This document shows, piece by piece, positions 46,115 through 55,047 of a stretch of 64,000 bases of DNA. The DNA comes from Parcubacteria group bacterium Gr01-1014_8 (GTDB lineage: Bacteria; Patescibacteriota; Minisyncoccia; Phycocordibacterales; UBA2100). Positions within the stretch are counted from its first letter, which is position 1, and every line of letters starts with the position of its first letter. Location: assembly GCA_007376385.1 (NCBI GenBank), contig VMGC01000001.1, forward strand, positions 128,001 to 192,000, read 5' to 3'. A program made the position numbers and the translations under genes. Under the pieces are notes generated by a model. That model made no database searches, was not told where the DNA came from, and saw only the letters and a program-made list of their open reading frames with translations.

Positions 46115-46456
46115 ATGACAGTTACGCCGCCGCCAGGGAATAAAAAAGATCCGTATCGAGAAGATCACGGCTTGGATGCGGCAAAGAAGAAGCTTGATGA
46201 GATAACCGGCAGGCCATTTGATGTGATCCAGGTCCTTGCAACGCATAGGGCGAAAGAGGAGCGTGGCAGGGAAAAGGAGAAGGAAATACAACATACACTA
46301 GAGACGACCATCGAAAAGGCACGACGAAAGCGCCAGGAAAAAGAGGCGCGCCAAGCAGAGGAGAATAAGCGTGCGACCATGGAAAGAGAACTTCGGGATA
46401 TTAAGCGCCGGGAGATGAAACTACCAAGGCCAGAAGAAAATAAACCTAAAGAGTGA
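46115..46456 (+). CDS. Hypothetical highly charged (K/E/R-rich) protein.
   Basis: The 113-aa product has low complexity (EKEKEIQ, RRKRQEKEARQAEENKR). Confidence 0.35.
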   Translation: MTVTPPPGNKKDPYREDHGLDAAKKKLDEITGRPFDVIQVLATHRAKEERGREKEKEIQHTLETTIEKARRKRQEKEARQAEENKRATMERELRDIKRREMKLPRPEENKPKE

Positions 46457-46498
46457 TTTGTTGCGACTGATAGTGAGTCATGCTAGAGTGCGTGCCAC

Positions 46499-47014
46499 AT
46501 GATTGCGGAAGAGAAGAATACTACTGATGATAGGGAGGTCACAACTCGTATTTACGAGATCGGTTATCACGTTGCTGCAAGCGTGAAAGAAGAGGATGTT
46601 GAGAAAGTTGTTTCCTTGATCCGAGAAACCATCGAAAAATCCGGTGGCTCTTTCATTGCGGAAGGCGCTCCGTCGTTGATGAAGCTTGCGTATCCTATGA
46701 CTGTTCGTGAAGGGGAAAAGAAAATTGAACATGACCGCGCCTATTTTGGATGGCTCAAGTTCGAGGCGGCAACCGAAAGTACTGAAGCCCTTGAGAACTC
46801 GCTCAAGTTGAATCCGTCCATCGTTCGTTCCATCGTCTTTAAGACAGTGCGTGAAGATACCCGTGCAAAGATGAAAGCGCCGCAGCTCCGCGAAGTGAAG
46901 CGAACCGACACTATCAAGTCTACACCGAAACGAGCCGTAGCCGAAGAAGCAGGGAAAGCACCAATCTCTGAAGAGAAGTTGGATAAGGCACTTGAAGAGC
47001 TCACGACTGAATAG
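46499..47014 (+). CDS. rpsF: 30S ribosomal protein S6 with a C-terminal extension.
   Basis: YEIGYHVAASVKEEDVEKVVSLIRETIEKSGGSF...MKLAYPM matches S6. S6-SSB-S18 synteny is present. Confidence 0.75.
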   Translation: MIAEEKNTTDDREVTTRIYEIGYHVAASVKEEDVEKVVSLIRETIEKSGGSFIAEGAPSLMKLAYPMTVREGEKKIEHDRAYFGWLKFEAATESTEALENSLKLNPSIVRSIVFKTVREDTRAKMKAPQLREVKRTDTIKSTPKRAVAEEAGKAPISEEKLDKALEELTTE

Positions 47015-47036
47015 CGTAGCGTGGTAGACTGTTCGT

Positions 47037-47483
47037 ATGTACCTAAACAAGGTAATGCTATACGGCAACTTGACGCGCGACCCAGAACTCCGCGCGCTGC
47101 CCTCCGGCATGAATGTCGTGAATTTCAGCGTTGCGACGAATCGTGTGTTTCGCGACCGAGACGGCAAGAAGCAAGAACAAACAGAATTTCACAATGTCGT
47201 TGTGTTTGGGAGGCAAGCGGATACGGTTAATCAATATCTCAAAAAGGGAAGCGCTGTGTTTGTCGAGGGCCGCATGCAGACGAGAAGTTGGGAAGGAAAA
47301 GACGGCGAGAAGAAATATCGTACTGAAGTGGTCGCTGAACGCGTGCAGTTTGGTCCGCGCGCGGGAGGCGGAGGCGGAGGCGCGCGAAAACAGGCGGATG
47401 AGCCGGCCACGGATGAATCTTCAGGGGGCGCAGGCATTGACTACCCGAAAGACGACATCAATCCCGAGGATATTCCTTTTTAA
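47037..47483 (+). CDS. ssb: Single-stranded DNA-binding protein.
   Basis: MYLNKVMLYGNLTRDPELRALPSGMNVVNFSVATNR forms the OB fold. A Gly-rich tail and acidic DDINPEDIPF C-terminus follow. Confidence 0.85.
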   Translation: MYLNKVMLYGNLTRDPELRALPSGMNVVNFSVATNRVFRDRDGKKQEQTEFHNVVVFGRQADTVNQYLKKGSAVFVEGRMQTRSWEGKDGEKKYRTEVVAERVQFGPRAGGGGGGARKQADEPATDESSGGAGIDYPKDDINPEDIPF

Positions 47484-47690
47484 TAGAAAAATAAGGAGCC
47501 AGGCGACTATATTTTTCATTACCCAGTTAAATCCCGCCTACGGCGGGATGACTTGAAATCAAGAGCGAGAAAGGGTATATTGCTCCAACTTACGAAAGAA
47601 TGAGTCAACAAGTTTCAAGGAGATTCAAGTCGTATTTAACAGGGTGTAAGTTGTTTCTAAGCTCGCCTACGCTCACTAAGAAAAACTAAC

Positions 47691-47891
47691 ATGACCAACA
47701 ATATTTTGACGCAAAATGATATTCAGCACGTCGACTATAAGGACGTGGACCTTTTGAAGCAGTTCATCAACCCGCACGGTCGGGTATTGGGGCGCAAGAG
47801 AACAGGACTTACTGCAAAGCAACAGCGAGCAGTTGAGGCGGCAGTGAAGAGGGCCCGCTTCATGGGGCTTCTCCCGTATATTCAAAAATAG
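47691..47891 (+). CDS. rpsR: 30S ribosomal protein S18.
   Basis: [50 protein letters not shown] is the S18 signature. Confidence 0.85.
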   Translation: MTNNILTQNDIQHVDYKDVDLLKQFINPHGRVLGRKRTGLTAKQQRAVEAAVKRARFMGLLPYIQK

Positions 47892-47904
47892 AGAAATCTG
47901 TAAA

Positions 47905-47931
47905 AAACCCTGGCGATACGCCGGGTTTTTT
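47905..47931. terminator. Bidirectional intrinsic terminator between rpsR (+) and efp (-).
   Basis: The hairpin CCCTGGCG-ata-CGCCGGG is flanked by an A-run upstream and a T-run downstream. Confidence 0.55.
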
Positions 47932-47941
47932 GCTGTGTACC

Positions 47942-48502
47942 TTATACTCGCTCGACGTATTCTCCCGTTTCCGTATTAATGCGGATTATATCGCCTTGTT
48001 TTACGAACATTGGGACGTTGATAGAGGCACCCGTCTCAAGCTCCACGATCTTCGAGCCGCCCTGGGCCGTATTTCCTCGGACGTCGGGCGGGGCCTCGGT
48101 CACCTTGAGTTCTACCTTGATGGGGAGCTTCACACTGAATATCTTGCCGTCGAAAGACAGTGTCTCTATCTCGGTGTTGTCTTTGAGAAATTTACCGGCT
48201 TCACCCATCATTTCCTCGGGGACGGTAAAGCGCTTAGACTTGTCTTTGATATCATGAAAAAACCACTCGCCATTCCTCTCGTAAATAAATATTGCAGATT
48301 TCTTCTCTATTTCTGCCTCGTTCAATTTATCCGACTGCTGGAACGAATATTCTATGACGTTACCGCGAATAAGGTGGCGGAGTTTCGTTTGGTTCACCGG
48401 ACGGCGCTGCTGCTTCTGCATGATGTTATTCCACGTACAGACGTAGGGCTCGCTTTCGACGAGTACCGCAACTCCCGGCTTCACTTCGTTATATGACAAC
48501 AT
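47942..48502 (-). CDS. efp: Elongation factor P.
   Basis: MLSYNEVKPGVAVLVESEPYVCTWNN...VKQGDIIRINTETGEYVERV matches EF-P. The track ORF starts at a TTG 7 codons upstream; the ATG M8 start is used here. Confidence 0.85.
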   Translation of the reverse strand: MLSYNEVKPGVAVLVESEPYVCTWNNIMQKQQRRPVNQTKLRHLIRGNVIEYSFQQSDKLNEAEIEKKSAIFIYERNGEWFFHDIKDKSKRFTVPEEMMGEAGKFLKDNTEIETLSFDGKIFSVKLPIKVELKVTEAPPDVRGNTAQGGSKIVELETGASINVPMFVKQGDIIRINTETGEYVERV

Positions 48503-48525
48503 AGTCGGGTATTCTATGCGCAATT

Positions 48526-49068
48526 TTGGTTTTGTCCACCCGAATATATACTAGCGAGGTGGAACTCATCAGACCTTCGATAGAATACCGCGCTTCTTTT
48601 TTGGAAGCGGTCAGGGAATATCGCGCCGACGGCAAGCCGATACGATTTGATTTCGACATGGCGGAAAGTGATTTTCCGCGCTTTGTAAAAGAGTTGAATG
48701 AGCATGCGGAAGGTTTGCATATGCCGGAAGACTATGTTCCCGAGACGATATTCTGGCTCGTTGACGGAGGGGAATATATCGGGCAAATAAATATTCGGCA
48801 CTATCTGAACGGCCATTTGCTCACGATCGGCGGACACATCGGGTACGATATTCGCCCGTCTAGGCGAAATCGCGGCTATGGGACGAAACAACTGCAGATG
48901 GTTCTGCCAAAAGCAAAAGAACTTGGCATTGACAGGGTTCTCGTGACATGTGATGTGAGCAATGTCGGCTCGCGGAAGATCATAGAACACGGCGGCGGAT
49001 TCTTAGAGAATCAAGTGCCGAATCCGGATACAGGAGAGGATAAGTTGCGATTTTGGATAAACTTATGA
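48526..49068 (+). CDS. GNAT-family N-acetyltransferase.
   Basis: The acetyl-CoA binding motif is RNRGYGTKQL...VLVTCDVSNVGSRKIIEHGG. Confidence 0.7.
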   Translation: MVLSTRIYTSEVELIRPSIEYRASFLEAVREYRADGKPIRFDFDMAESDFPRFVKELNEHAEGLHMPEDYVPETIFWLVDGGEYIGQINIRHYLNGHLLTIGGHIGYDIRPSRRNRGYGTKQLQMVLPKAKELGIDRVLVTCDVSNVGSRKIIEHGGGFLENQVPNPDTGEDKLRFWINL

Positions 49069-49410
49069 TTGTTTTTCTTTCTTTATTTTTCTCTCAATTA
49101 TACCCGCCTCGATACACTGGTTTACCGCTCTGCGCAGGGCAGTGACATGTTGGCTCAAGCTTGGGATACTCTCGAACCTTAATCGTAATCGATTCACAGC
49201 ACGTTCGAGTGTGAATGGCGATTTATGCTCGTCGTGACGTACCGCTTTCGCTTGTTTGCGTACGATGTCCAATACTTTCTTTAGTTCATCTTGAACGTTA
49301 GATTCAGCTGCATGGTGAAAGTTAAGTATGGCAGTCTCTAAAATGTGTTCCGGGTCTTGATTTTCAACTTGTGAGATGGCACGTTCGATTCTTTCAGATT
49401 CGGAACCCAT
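49063..49410 (-). CDS. Small helical protein downstream of recA; possible RecX-like regulator.
   Basis: The 115-aa product is predicted helical. Its position immediately 3' of recA matches recA-recX synteny. Sequence similarity is weak. Confidence 0.3.
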   Translation of the reverse strand: MGSESERIERAISQVENQDPEHILETAILNFHHAAESNVQDELKKVLDIVRKQAKAVRHDEHKSPFTLERAVNRLRLRFESIPSLSQHVTALRRAVNQCIEAGIIERKIKKEKQS

Positions 49411-49419
49411 ACACGTACA

Positions 49420-50487
49420 TCATTCGTCTGCTTCGCTCTTGCTCCGCGCGAGAATTGTTGCTCCGTCGAGGTTTTTCCGGATATCTTTCATTATTTGATT
49501 GAGGACAGTCTTGTTCTCACGCAAGAATGTGCGTGCAGCGTCGTAGCCGCGACCCATTTTTGTTTCGCCGTATGAATATGCACCGGTGCCGGCCTTTTCT
49601 ACGACGCCCAATTTCTCGCCGAGCGCGAGCGCCTCTCCTTCTCGTGAGATTCCTTCTCCGTACAACATGTCGAACTCAGTTTGCCTGAATGGCGCCGCAA
49701 CTTTGTTCTTCACTATCTTCACGCGGTGGCGCCCGCCCATCACCTCGTCGCCTTTCTTTATCTGTGCGATGCGGCGGATGTCGATGCGCACCGACGTGTA
49801 AAATTTCAGAGCTTTTCCTCCAGGTGTTGTTTCTGGATTTCCGAACATCACGCCTATCTGCATGCGAATCTGGTTGATGAAGATGATGACCGTTTTAGTT
49901 TTTGAGACGATGGCGGTTAGTTTACGAAGCGCCTGACTCATGAGTCTGGCCTGTTTGCCAACGTGCTGTGCTCCCATGTCGCCCTCTATCTCATCTTTCG
50001 GCGTGAGCGCTGCGACGGAGTCAATGACGATAACGTCTATTTTCCCGCTTCTGACGAGCGATTCCACTATCTCGAGTGCTTGTTCTCCTGTATCTGGCTG
50101 TGAGACTAAAAGGGAAGCGATATCAACGCCGAGTTTTTTTGCGTATTCCGGGTCGAGCGCGTGTTCGGCGTCGATGAACGCACACACGCCTCCCTTCTTC
50201 TGTGCTTCCGCAATTACATGGAGCGAGAGCGTCGTTTTGCCCGAACTTTCGGGGCCGAATACTTCGATGATGCGGCCTCGGGGGAGACCGCCGATGCCAA
50301 GCGCCCAGTCGACTCCGATGGAGCCGGTTGAAATGGCGTTTACGTCCACTTTCGGCTGCGCGCCGAGCATCATGATGGACTCATCGCCGAATTTTGTCTT
50401 AATGTCGGAAATTGCGCGCTCGATGTCCTTGTCGGAACCTGTTCCCGTTTGTTTTGGCGGCGCTTTTTCTTTTTTTCCGAATTTCAT
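49420..50487 (-). CDS. recA: Recombinase RecA.
   Basis: [38 protein letters not shown] carries the Walker A motif. The L2 loop is [28 protein letters not shown]. Confidence 0.95.
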   Translation of the reverse strand: MKFGKKEKAPPKQTGTGSDKDIERAISDIKTKFGDESIMMLGAQPKVDVNAISTGSIGVDWALGIGGLPRGRIIEVFGPESSGKTTLSLHVIAEAQKKGGVCAFIDAEHALDPEYAKKLGVDIASLLVSQPDTGEQALEIVESLVRSGKIDVIVIDSVAALTPKDEIEGDMGAQHVGKQARLMSQALRKLTAIVSKTKTVIIFINQIRMQIGVMFGNPETTPGGKALKFYTSVRIDIRRIAQIKKGDEVMGGRHRVKIVKNKVAAPFRQTEFDMLYGEGISREGEALALGEKLGVVEKAGTGAYSYGETKMGRGYDAARTFLRENKTVLNQIMKDIRKNLDGATILARSKSEADE

Positions 50488-50511
50488 AATACAGGGAAGT
50501 ATACCGCTTTC

Positions 50512-50955
50512 TTATTCAGGTGCCACATCCTTGGTGGACGTCCCCGACGATGTTTTATTCTCTGTGTTTGATGATGCGTTGCCGTTTGCGATGTAGATGA
50601 TCTCCAGACTTTTTTGCGTTGTTCTTCCGTATTTGTCTGTTGCATCGAGAACGATGCGATTCTCTCCTTGCATCAAAAGATAGGGCTCTTCAAAAACGCC
50701 ATCTTCGGTCACCGATACTGGAGTGCCGTTGAGTTTGAGTTCAGAAATGTTGGTAGCACGCCCTCGAACAAGCATGAATACTTCGTGTACGACTATTGAG
50801 TCTGACGGCACTGAGATGCGCGGACCAAAGAGCATTGCCTGCGCTTCGTAGTATCCGTAGCCGACGAGAAAAAGAAAAAAAACTACCAGTGTGATCTTTA
50901 CGAATCTGCTGTCGCGATACGGGAGCATAAGGATGTGAGTTATGAAAACAGGCAA
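50512..50955 (-). CDS. Membrane-anchored hypothetical protein with an Ig-like soluble domain.
   Basis: An N-terminal TM segment (VVFFLFLVGYGYY) is followed by a beta-rich domain. Confidence 0.4.
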   Translation of the reverse strand: MPVFITHILMLPYRDSRFVKITLVVFFLFLVGYGYYEAQAMLFGPRISVPSDSIVVHEVFMLVRGRATNISELKLNGTPVSVTEDGVFEEPYLLMQGENRIVLDATDKYGRTTQKSLEIIYIANGNASSNTENKTSSGTSTKDVAPE

Positions 50956-50962
50956 AGAGCGC

Positions 50963-53182
50963 TCATACCTTTTCCTCTTCCGAGTCGCCGTTCTCTGGTT
51001 CCGCCGCGAGTTCGTCTGCGTTTCCTGCGCCTATTACTTCGCGTGGTTTTGCTCCGTCTCCCGGTCCGATGACGCCACGCTCTTCAAGAGTGTCTATCAT
51101 TCTTGCGGCGCGTGCGTAGCCTACGCCTAATTTTCTTTGCAGATATGACGTTGATGCTTTTCCGGCTTCGAGAACAGCTCGTTTTGCCTCCGGGTACAGA
51201 TCGTCCTCGTTTTCATCGGACATCGAGGCGAAAATCGGGTCGGTCCCGCCTCCGTTCGCTTGTTTATCGGTGAAGTTTATCTCACTCGGCATCGTGCCCT
51301 CGTTCGTACGCGCTATATATGCAACAACGCGTTTAACCTCGCTTTCCGACGTAAATGGCGCTTGCAATCGACGGGGCTTCGACATCTCACCGGAAATAAA
51401 GAGCATGTCTCCGGCCCCAAGGAGTTTTTCGGCTCCTCCAGTATCCAGGATAGTCCGGGAATCTATTTGCGAAGAAACCTGCAGTGCAACACGAGCGGGG
51501 ATATTCGCTTTAATGAGCCCGGTGATGACTTTCACGCTTGGCCGCTGTGTCGAGAGGATGAGATGGATGCCGACCGCACGGCTCATCTGTGCGAGCCTGA
51601 CGATGCCAGCTTCAAGCTCGCGTGGATACGAGGACATGATATCTGCCAATTCATCAATGATGACCACAATGTATGGCATTGCTTCAGGCAAAGCACCCTC
51701 CGCCTCTTTTGCTCTGGCCTCTTTAAGCGCAGGTCCGAAAACGTTTTCATGATACGACGCGATGTCGCGCACTTTTTCGGTCTCCAAAATGTTGTATCGC
51801 CGTTCCATTTCTTTTGCGAGCCACTTGATCGCTTCAATCGCCTTTCGTGCGTCGGTTATGACGGGAGTAAGAAGGTGGGGGATTGTGTTATACATTGTCA
51901 GTTCGACTCTTTTTGGGTCAACCATAATGAATCGAAGGCGTTCGGGTCCGCAGCGGTAGAGAAGTGAAATAATGAAATCATGAATTGCTACGGATTTTCC
52001 AGCACCCGTTGCACCCGCGACCAGCATGTGAGGCATGCGGCTCAGGTCTGCAAAGTGAGCTCCACCGGAAATGCTTCGTCCGAGTCCTACGAGAAGCGGT
52101 TTATCGGATTGAGAAAATTGAGGATCTCCGAGAAGTGGAGCAAGTCCGAGCGTCGTACGGGAAATATTCGGCACTTCGATACCAACGAGAGATTTTCCGG
52201 GTATCGGCGCTTCGATGCGGACAGGGGAGGCTGCGAGTGCGAGTTCCAAATTGCTCTGGAGCGCGACTATTTTCGAGAGACGCACGCCCTCGGCAGGTTT
52301 CATCGCGTAGCGTGTCACCGTTGGGCCGATAGAGACCTCGTCCATCTCAACTTGGATGCCGAAATTCTGGAGTGTGCGTTTGATGATGTTCATGTTCGCC
52401 TTCACGTCCCCTACCTCCGGTTTTCCTTTATTTTTTCCGAGGAGCGATAGTGGTGGAGGAATGTATTCGGAATATGTTGCTGCAATAATAGGAAACCCTC
52501 CGGGTGATGTAATCTCTTCTCTTTCCGGTTTCATTAGCTGCGGCTCGCTATCAGGCGCAACCTCTTCTTCTACTTCTTCGGTAGCCTCTTCGTCCATGCC
52601 CTGCATTTCTGCAATTGCTACATCATCCTCTTCGCCGATTCCAGCGTCAGACGGCTCTGACTTGAGTCTCTCGCGCAATCCTTTCACTATAAGACCAAGG
52701 TGGATGTCGAAGGCGACGATAAGTGCTGCGATAATGAATGCAAGCAAAAAGACGATCGTGGCTGCCGTGTCCACGGTCGCAATCAAGGGTTTCGATATGA
52801 GTGAACCAAGGAGTCCGCTCCTTCCTGGGAAGCCTATGTTTATGAGCCCAAGGCTTGCAAGCAAAAAGACGACGACGCTGCCAATTTGCACGACCCCAAA
52901 GCTCTTCTCGAAGGAGCGCAAAATGGCAACCGCTAAGATAAGGAGTGATAGGGGGAAGAGCATATAGCCAATGCCGAGGAGCCATGTCAGAGCCTTGAAA
53001 AGCTGTTCGCCCACAGTGCCCCCGATATCAAATGCTGCGAGGACCAAAAATACGGCCGTTGCAATCAAGAGAACTGCTCCCACGCCCCGCAGTGCCTCAG
53101 AGCTGATAGAGGGCCTATACTCTGTCTCGTCCTTTTCCTTTCGCTCTCTTTTTCCATTCTTTTTTGTTCCATTTCGAGCCAT
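50963..53182 (-). CDS. ftsK: DNA translocase FtsK/SpoIIIE.
   Basis: N-terminal TM helices are present. The Walker A motif is GATGAGKS. The motor domain is LIVVIIDELADIM. A winged-helix gamma domain lies at the C-terminus. Confidence 0.9.
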   Translation of the reverse strand: MARNGTKKNGKRERKEKDETEYRPSISSEALRGVGAVLLIATAVFLVLAAFDIGGTVGEQLFKALTWLLGIGYMLFPLSLLILAVAILRSFEKSFGVVQIGSVVVFLLASLGLINIGFPGRSGLLGSLISKPLIATVDTAATIVFLLAFIIAALIVAFDIHLGLIVKGLRERLKSEPSDAGIGEEDDVAIAEMQGMDEEATEEVEEEVAPDSEPQLMKPEREEITSPGGFPIIAATYSEYIPPPLSLLGKNKGKPEVGDVKANMNIIKRTLQNFGIQVEMDEVSIGPTVTRYAMKPAEGVRLSKIVALQSNLELALAASPVRIEAPIPGKSLVGIEVPNISRTTLGLAPLLGDPQFSQSDKPLLVGLGRSISGGAHFADLSRMPHMLVAGATGAGKSVAIHDFIISLLYRCGPERLRFIMVDPKRVELTMYNTIPHLLTPVITDARKAIEAIKWLAKEMERRYNILETEKVRDIASYHENVFGPALKEARAKEAEGALPEAMPYIVVIIDELADIMSSYPRELEAGIVRLAQMSRAVGIHLILSTQRPSVKVITGLIKANIPARVALQVSSQIDSRTILDTGGAEKLLGAGDMLFISGEMSKPRRLQAPFTSESEVKRVVAYIARTNEGTMPSEINFTDKQANGGGTDPIFASMSDENEDDLYPEAKRAVLEAGKASTSYLQRKLGVGYARAARMIDTLEERGVIGPGDGAKPREVIGAGNADELAAEPENGDSEEEKV

Positions 53183-53415
53183 ACGACAGCAAATGATACC
53201 ACGCTCCTCGTCAATTTTTCGTTATTTCATACCCCAGAAAGTATGTTTTGCCTGCATGGTAGCGTTTCGTGATGAGACAAAAAGCAGACGCGATAGGCGC
53301 GGGGAATAATGCGATGGTATAAGGGCTTCTTAGAGCGACATTTCCGGGTCGTCATGGACATCGTAGCTTTGCACGTGTTGCAGCACTCATATGTACGTAC
53401 TTCTCTATTGCTTAA

Positions 53416-54285
53416 TTGGATGTCCCTTATGTATACTTCATCTATATGCCGTCGGATCGACAAGATCCTCAAAAGGAATCTTCAAGGACATCATCTCAAT
53501 CAGAATCAATTCCCGTAACGGACATAAGACAAAGGACAGATATATCCATATTTTTAGACCCTGCATTACGGACAAACCCATTTGGCCATAATATATCTGC
53601 GGAGCATATCTATCGGAGGGCGGAGCGAATTGCAGCTGCGGTTCACTTACTCACGGGACACATGCCAAATGCTGAGCCCGTTCGAGATCTTGCCCGAAAA
53701 GAGAGCATTGCACTTCTCAATCATGCGCTCGGGTTACGCAGTGAATTGCGTGCTGCGGGCTCGGAATCATTCAAGCAGACACAAGCATCAATACGGAAAC
53801 TTATTTCTCTCATAAGACTACTCGGGATTTCTGGATACACATCAGCGCAAAATACAGAAACACTTGTGGATGCTCTCGATGAACTTGGGGCGCTTCTGAC
53901 CTCGTCCCAGCGCTCTCAGCTTGCAGAAGATACGTTCCTTACGCGTGATGAACTTACACCAAGGAGAAGTGAACCGGCTCGAGATTCTCAGACAATATCG
54001 TCACGTTCGTCACAACGTAGAGAGGTGCGCATGAAAGTAAGCGGGGTTTCTATAAAGGACAGACTCATAAGGGACACAGGTGTTGATGGCAGAAGCGCTG
54101 GAGCACGAGCCGAACGAATCGTAGACATCTTGCGCTCTGGGGGGATATTGGGAATCAAGGACATAGCGTCAAATTTGCCTGAATATAGCGAAAAAATGAT
54201 ACAGAGGGAACTTGCCGCATTGGTCGAAAGGAATACGGTCAAGAAACTAGGAGCAAAACGATGGAGTAAATATACACTTCTCTAG
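53416..54285 (+). CDS. Hypothetical protein with a C-terminal winged-helix (DeoR-like) DNA-binding domain.
   Basis: The C-terminus is IVDILRSGGILGIKDIASNLPEYSEKMIQRELAALVERNTVKKLG. The start is uncertain. Confidence 0.4.
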   Translation: MDVPYVYFIYMPSDRQDPQKESSRTSSQSESIPVTDIRQRTDISIFLDPALRTNPFGHNISAEHIYRRAERIAAAVHLLTGHMPNAEPVRDLARKESIALLNHALGLRSELRAAGSESFKQTQASIRKLISLIRLLGISGYTSAQNTETLVDALDELGALLTSSQRSQLAEDTFLTRDELTPRRSEPARDSQTISSRSSQRREVRMKVSGVSIKDRLIRDTGVDGRSAGARAERIVDILRSGGILGIKDIASNLPEYSEKMIQRELAALVERNTVKKLGAKRWSKYTLL

Positions 54286-55047
54286 GCCAATAAACAGCGG
54301 GCTATACGAGGGGAGCGCCCAAAATAACATGCTTTAGAGCGGGATAATGAGCGCACGTTAAATTAGTGCGACCGGAGGGCCGCTTCTATTTCGGGGAGGG
54401 TTCCCCGGTCCTGTGCAGTTGCACAGGGTTCTTTACAGACAAAGCAGATGCTTTTGAAGTAAGAAAGCCGGTTGACTTCGAGGGGGGTCAATTGTATTCT
54501 CAGGCCCGTAGCTAGCGGCCAGGCGCCAATAGGGAATGGTCCGTTTTATCCTCTAGTTATCCACAAAACAGGAAATCACGATTCAACTCGTGCTCTCGTC
54601 CTCATATATAATTGCCAGATGCTTCCTGTGCGTAACAGGTAGGCGTTTCGCAACTGGACGACACCCTGTCTCTGGTTGACTGCTCTTTGACAGAACATAT
54701 AAGGAAAGGAACGGGACACAGGGAATTACCCTATGTTCAGACTAAACTCACATTCATCCGAAAGATGAAAGAAACAACATGCATTGTGCGTCTATGAATA
54801 TAGACCATAAGCGTGCGCATACTGAAATGGCAGAACTTACCCGGATACGGACGAACGAAAGAATTCTGAATTACTTTCTTGGCGCTACCCCCTGATTCTC
54901 TTCTATTAGTAATGAGTCGGGGTTAGCCAATTATTAGTTGTCTGCTTCTGGCAGGCACACACAAATTGCATTCGCGGTTACGTCGAACTTCCGCGCATGC
55001 ATCCAACTCTTCCAATTAGGGAGAGATGGAAAAGGTCAAAATAAACT

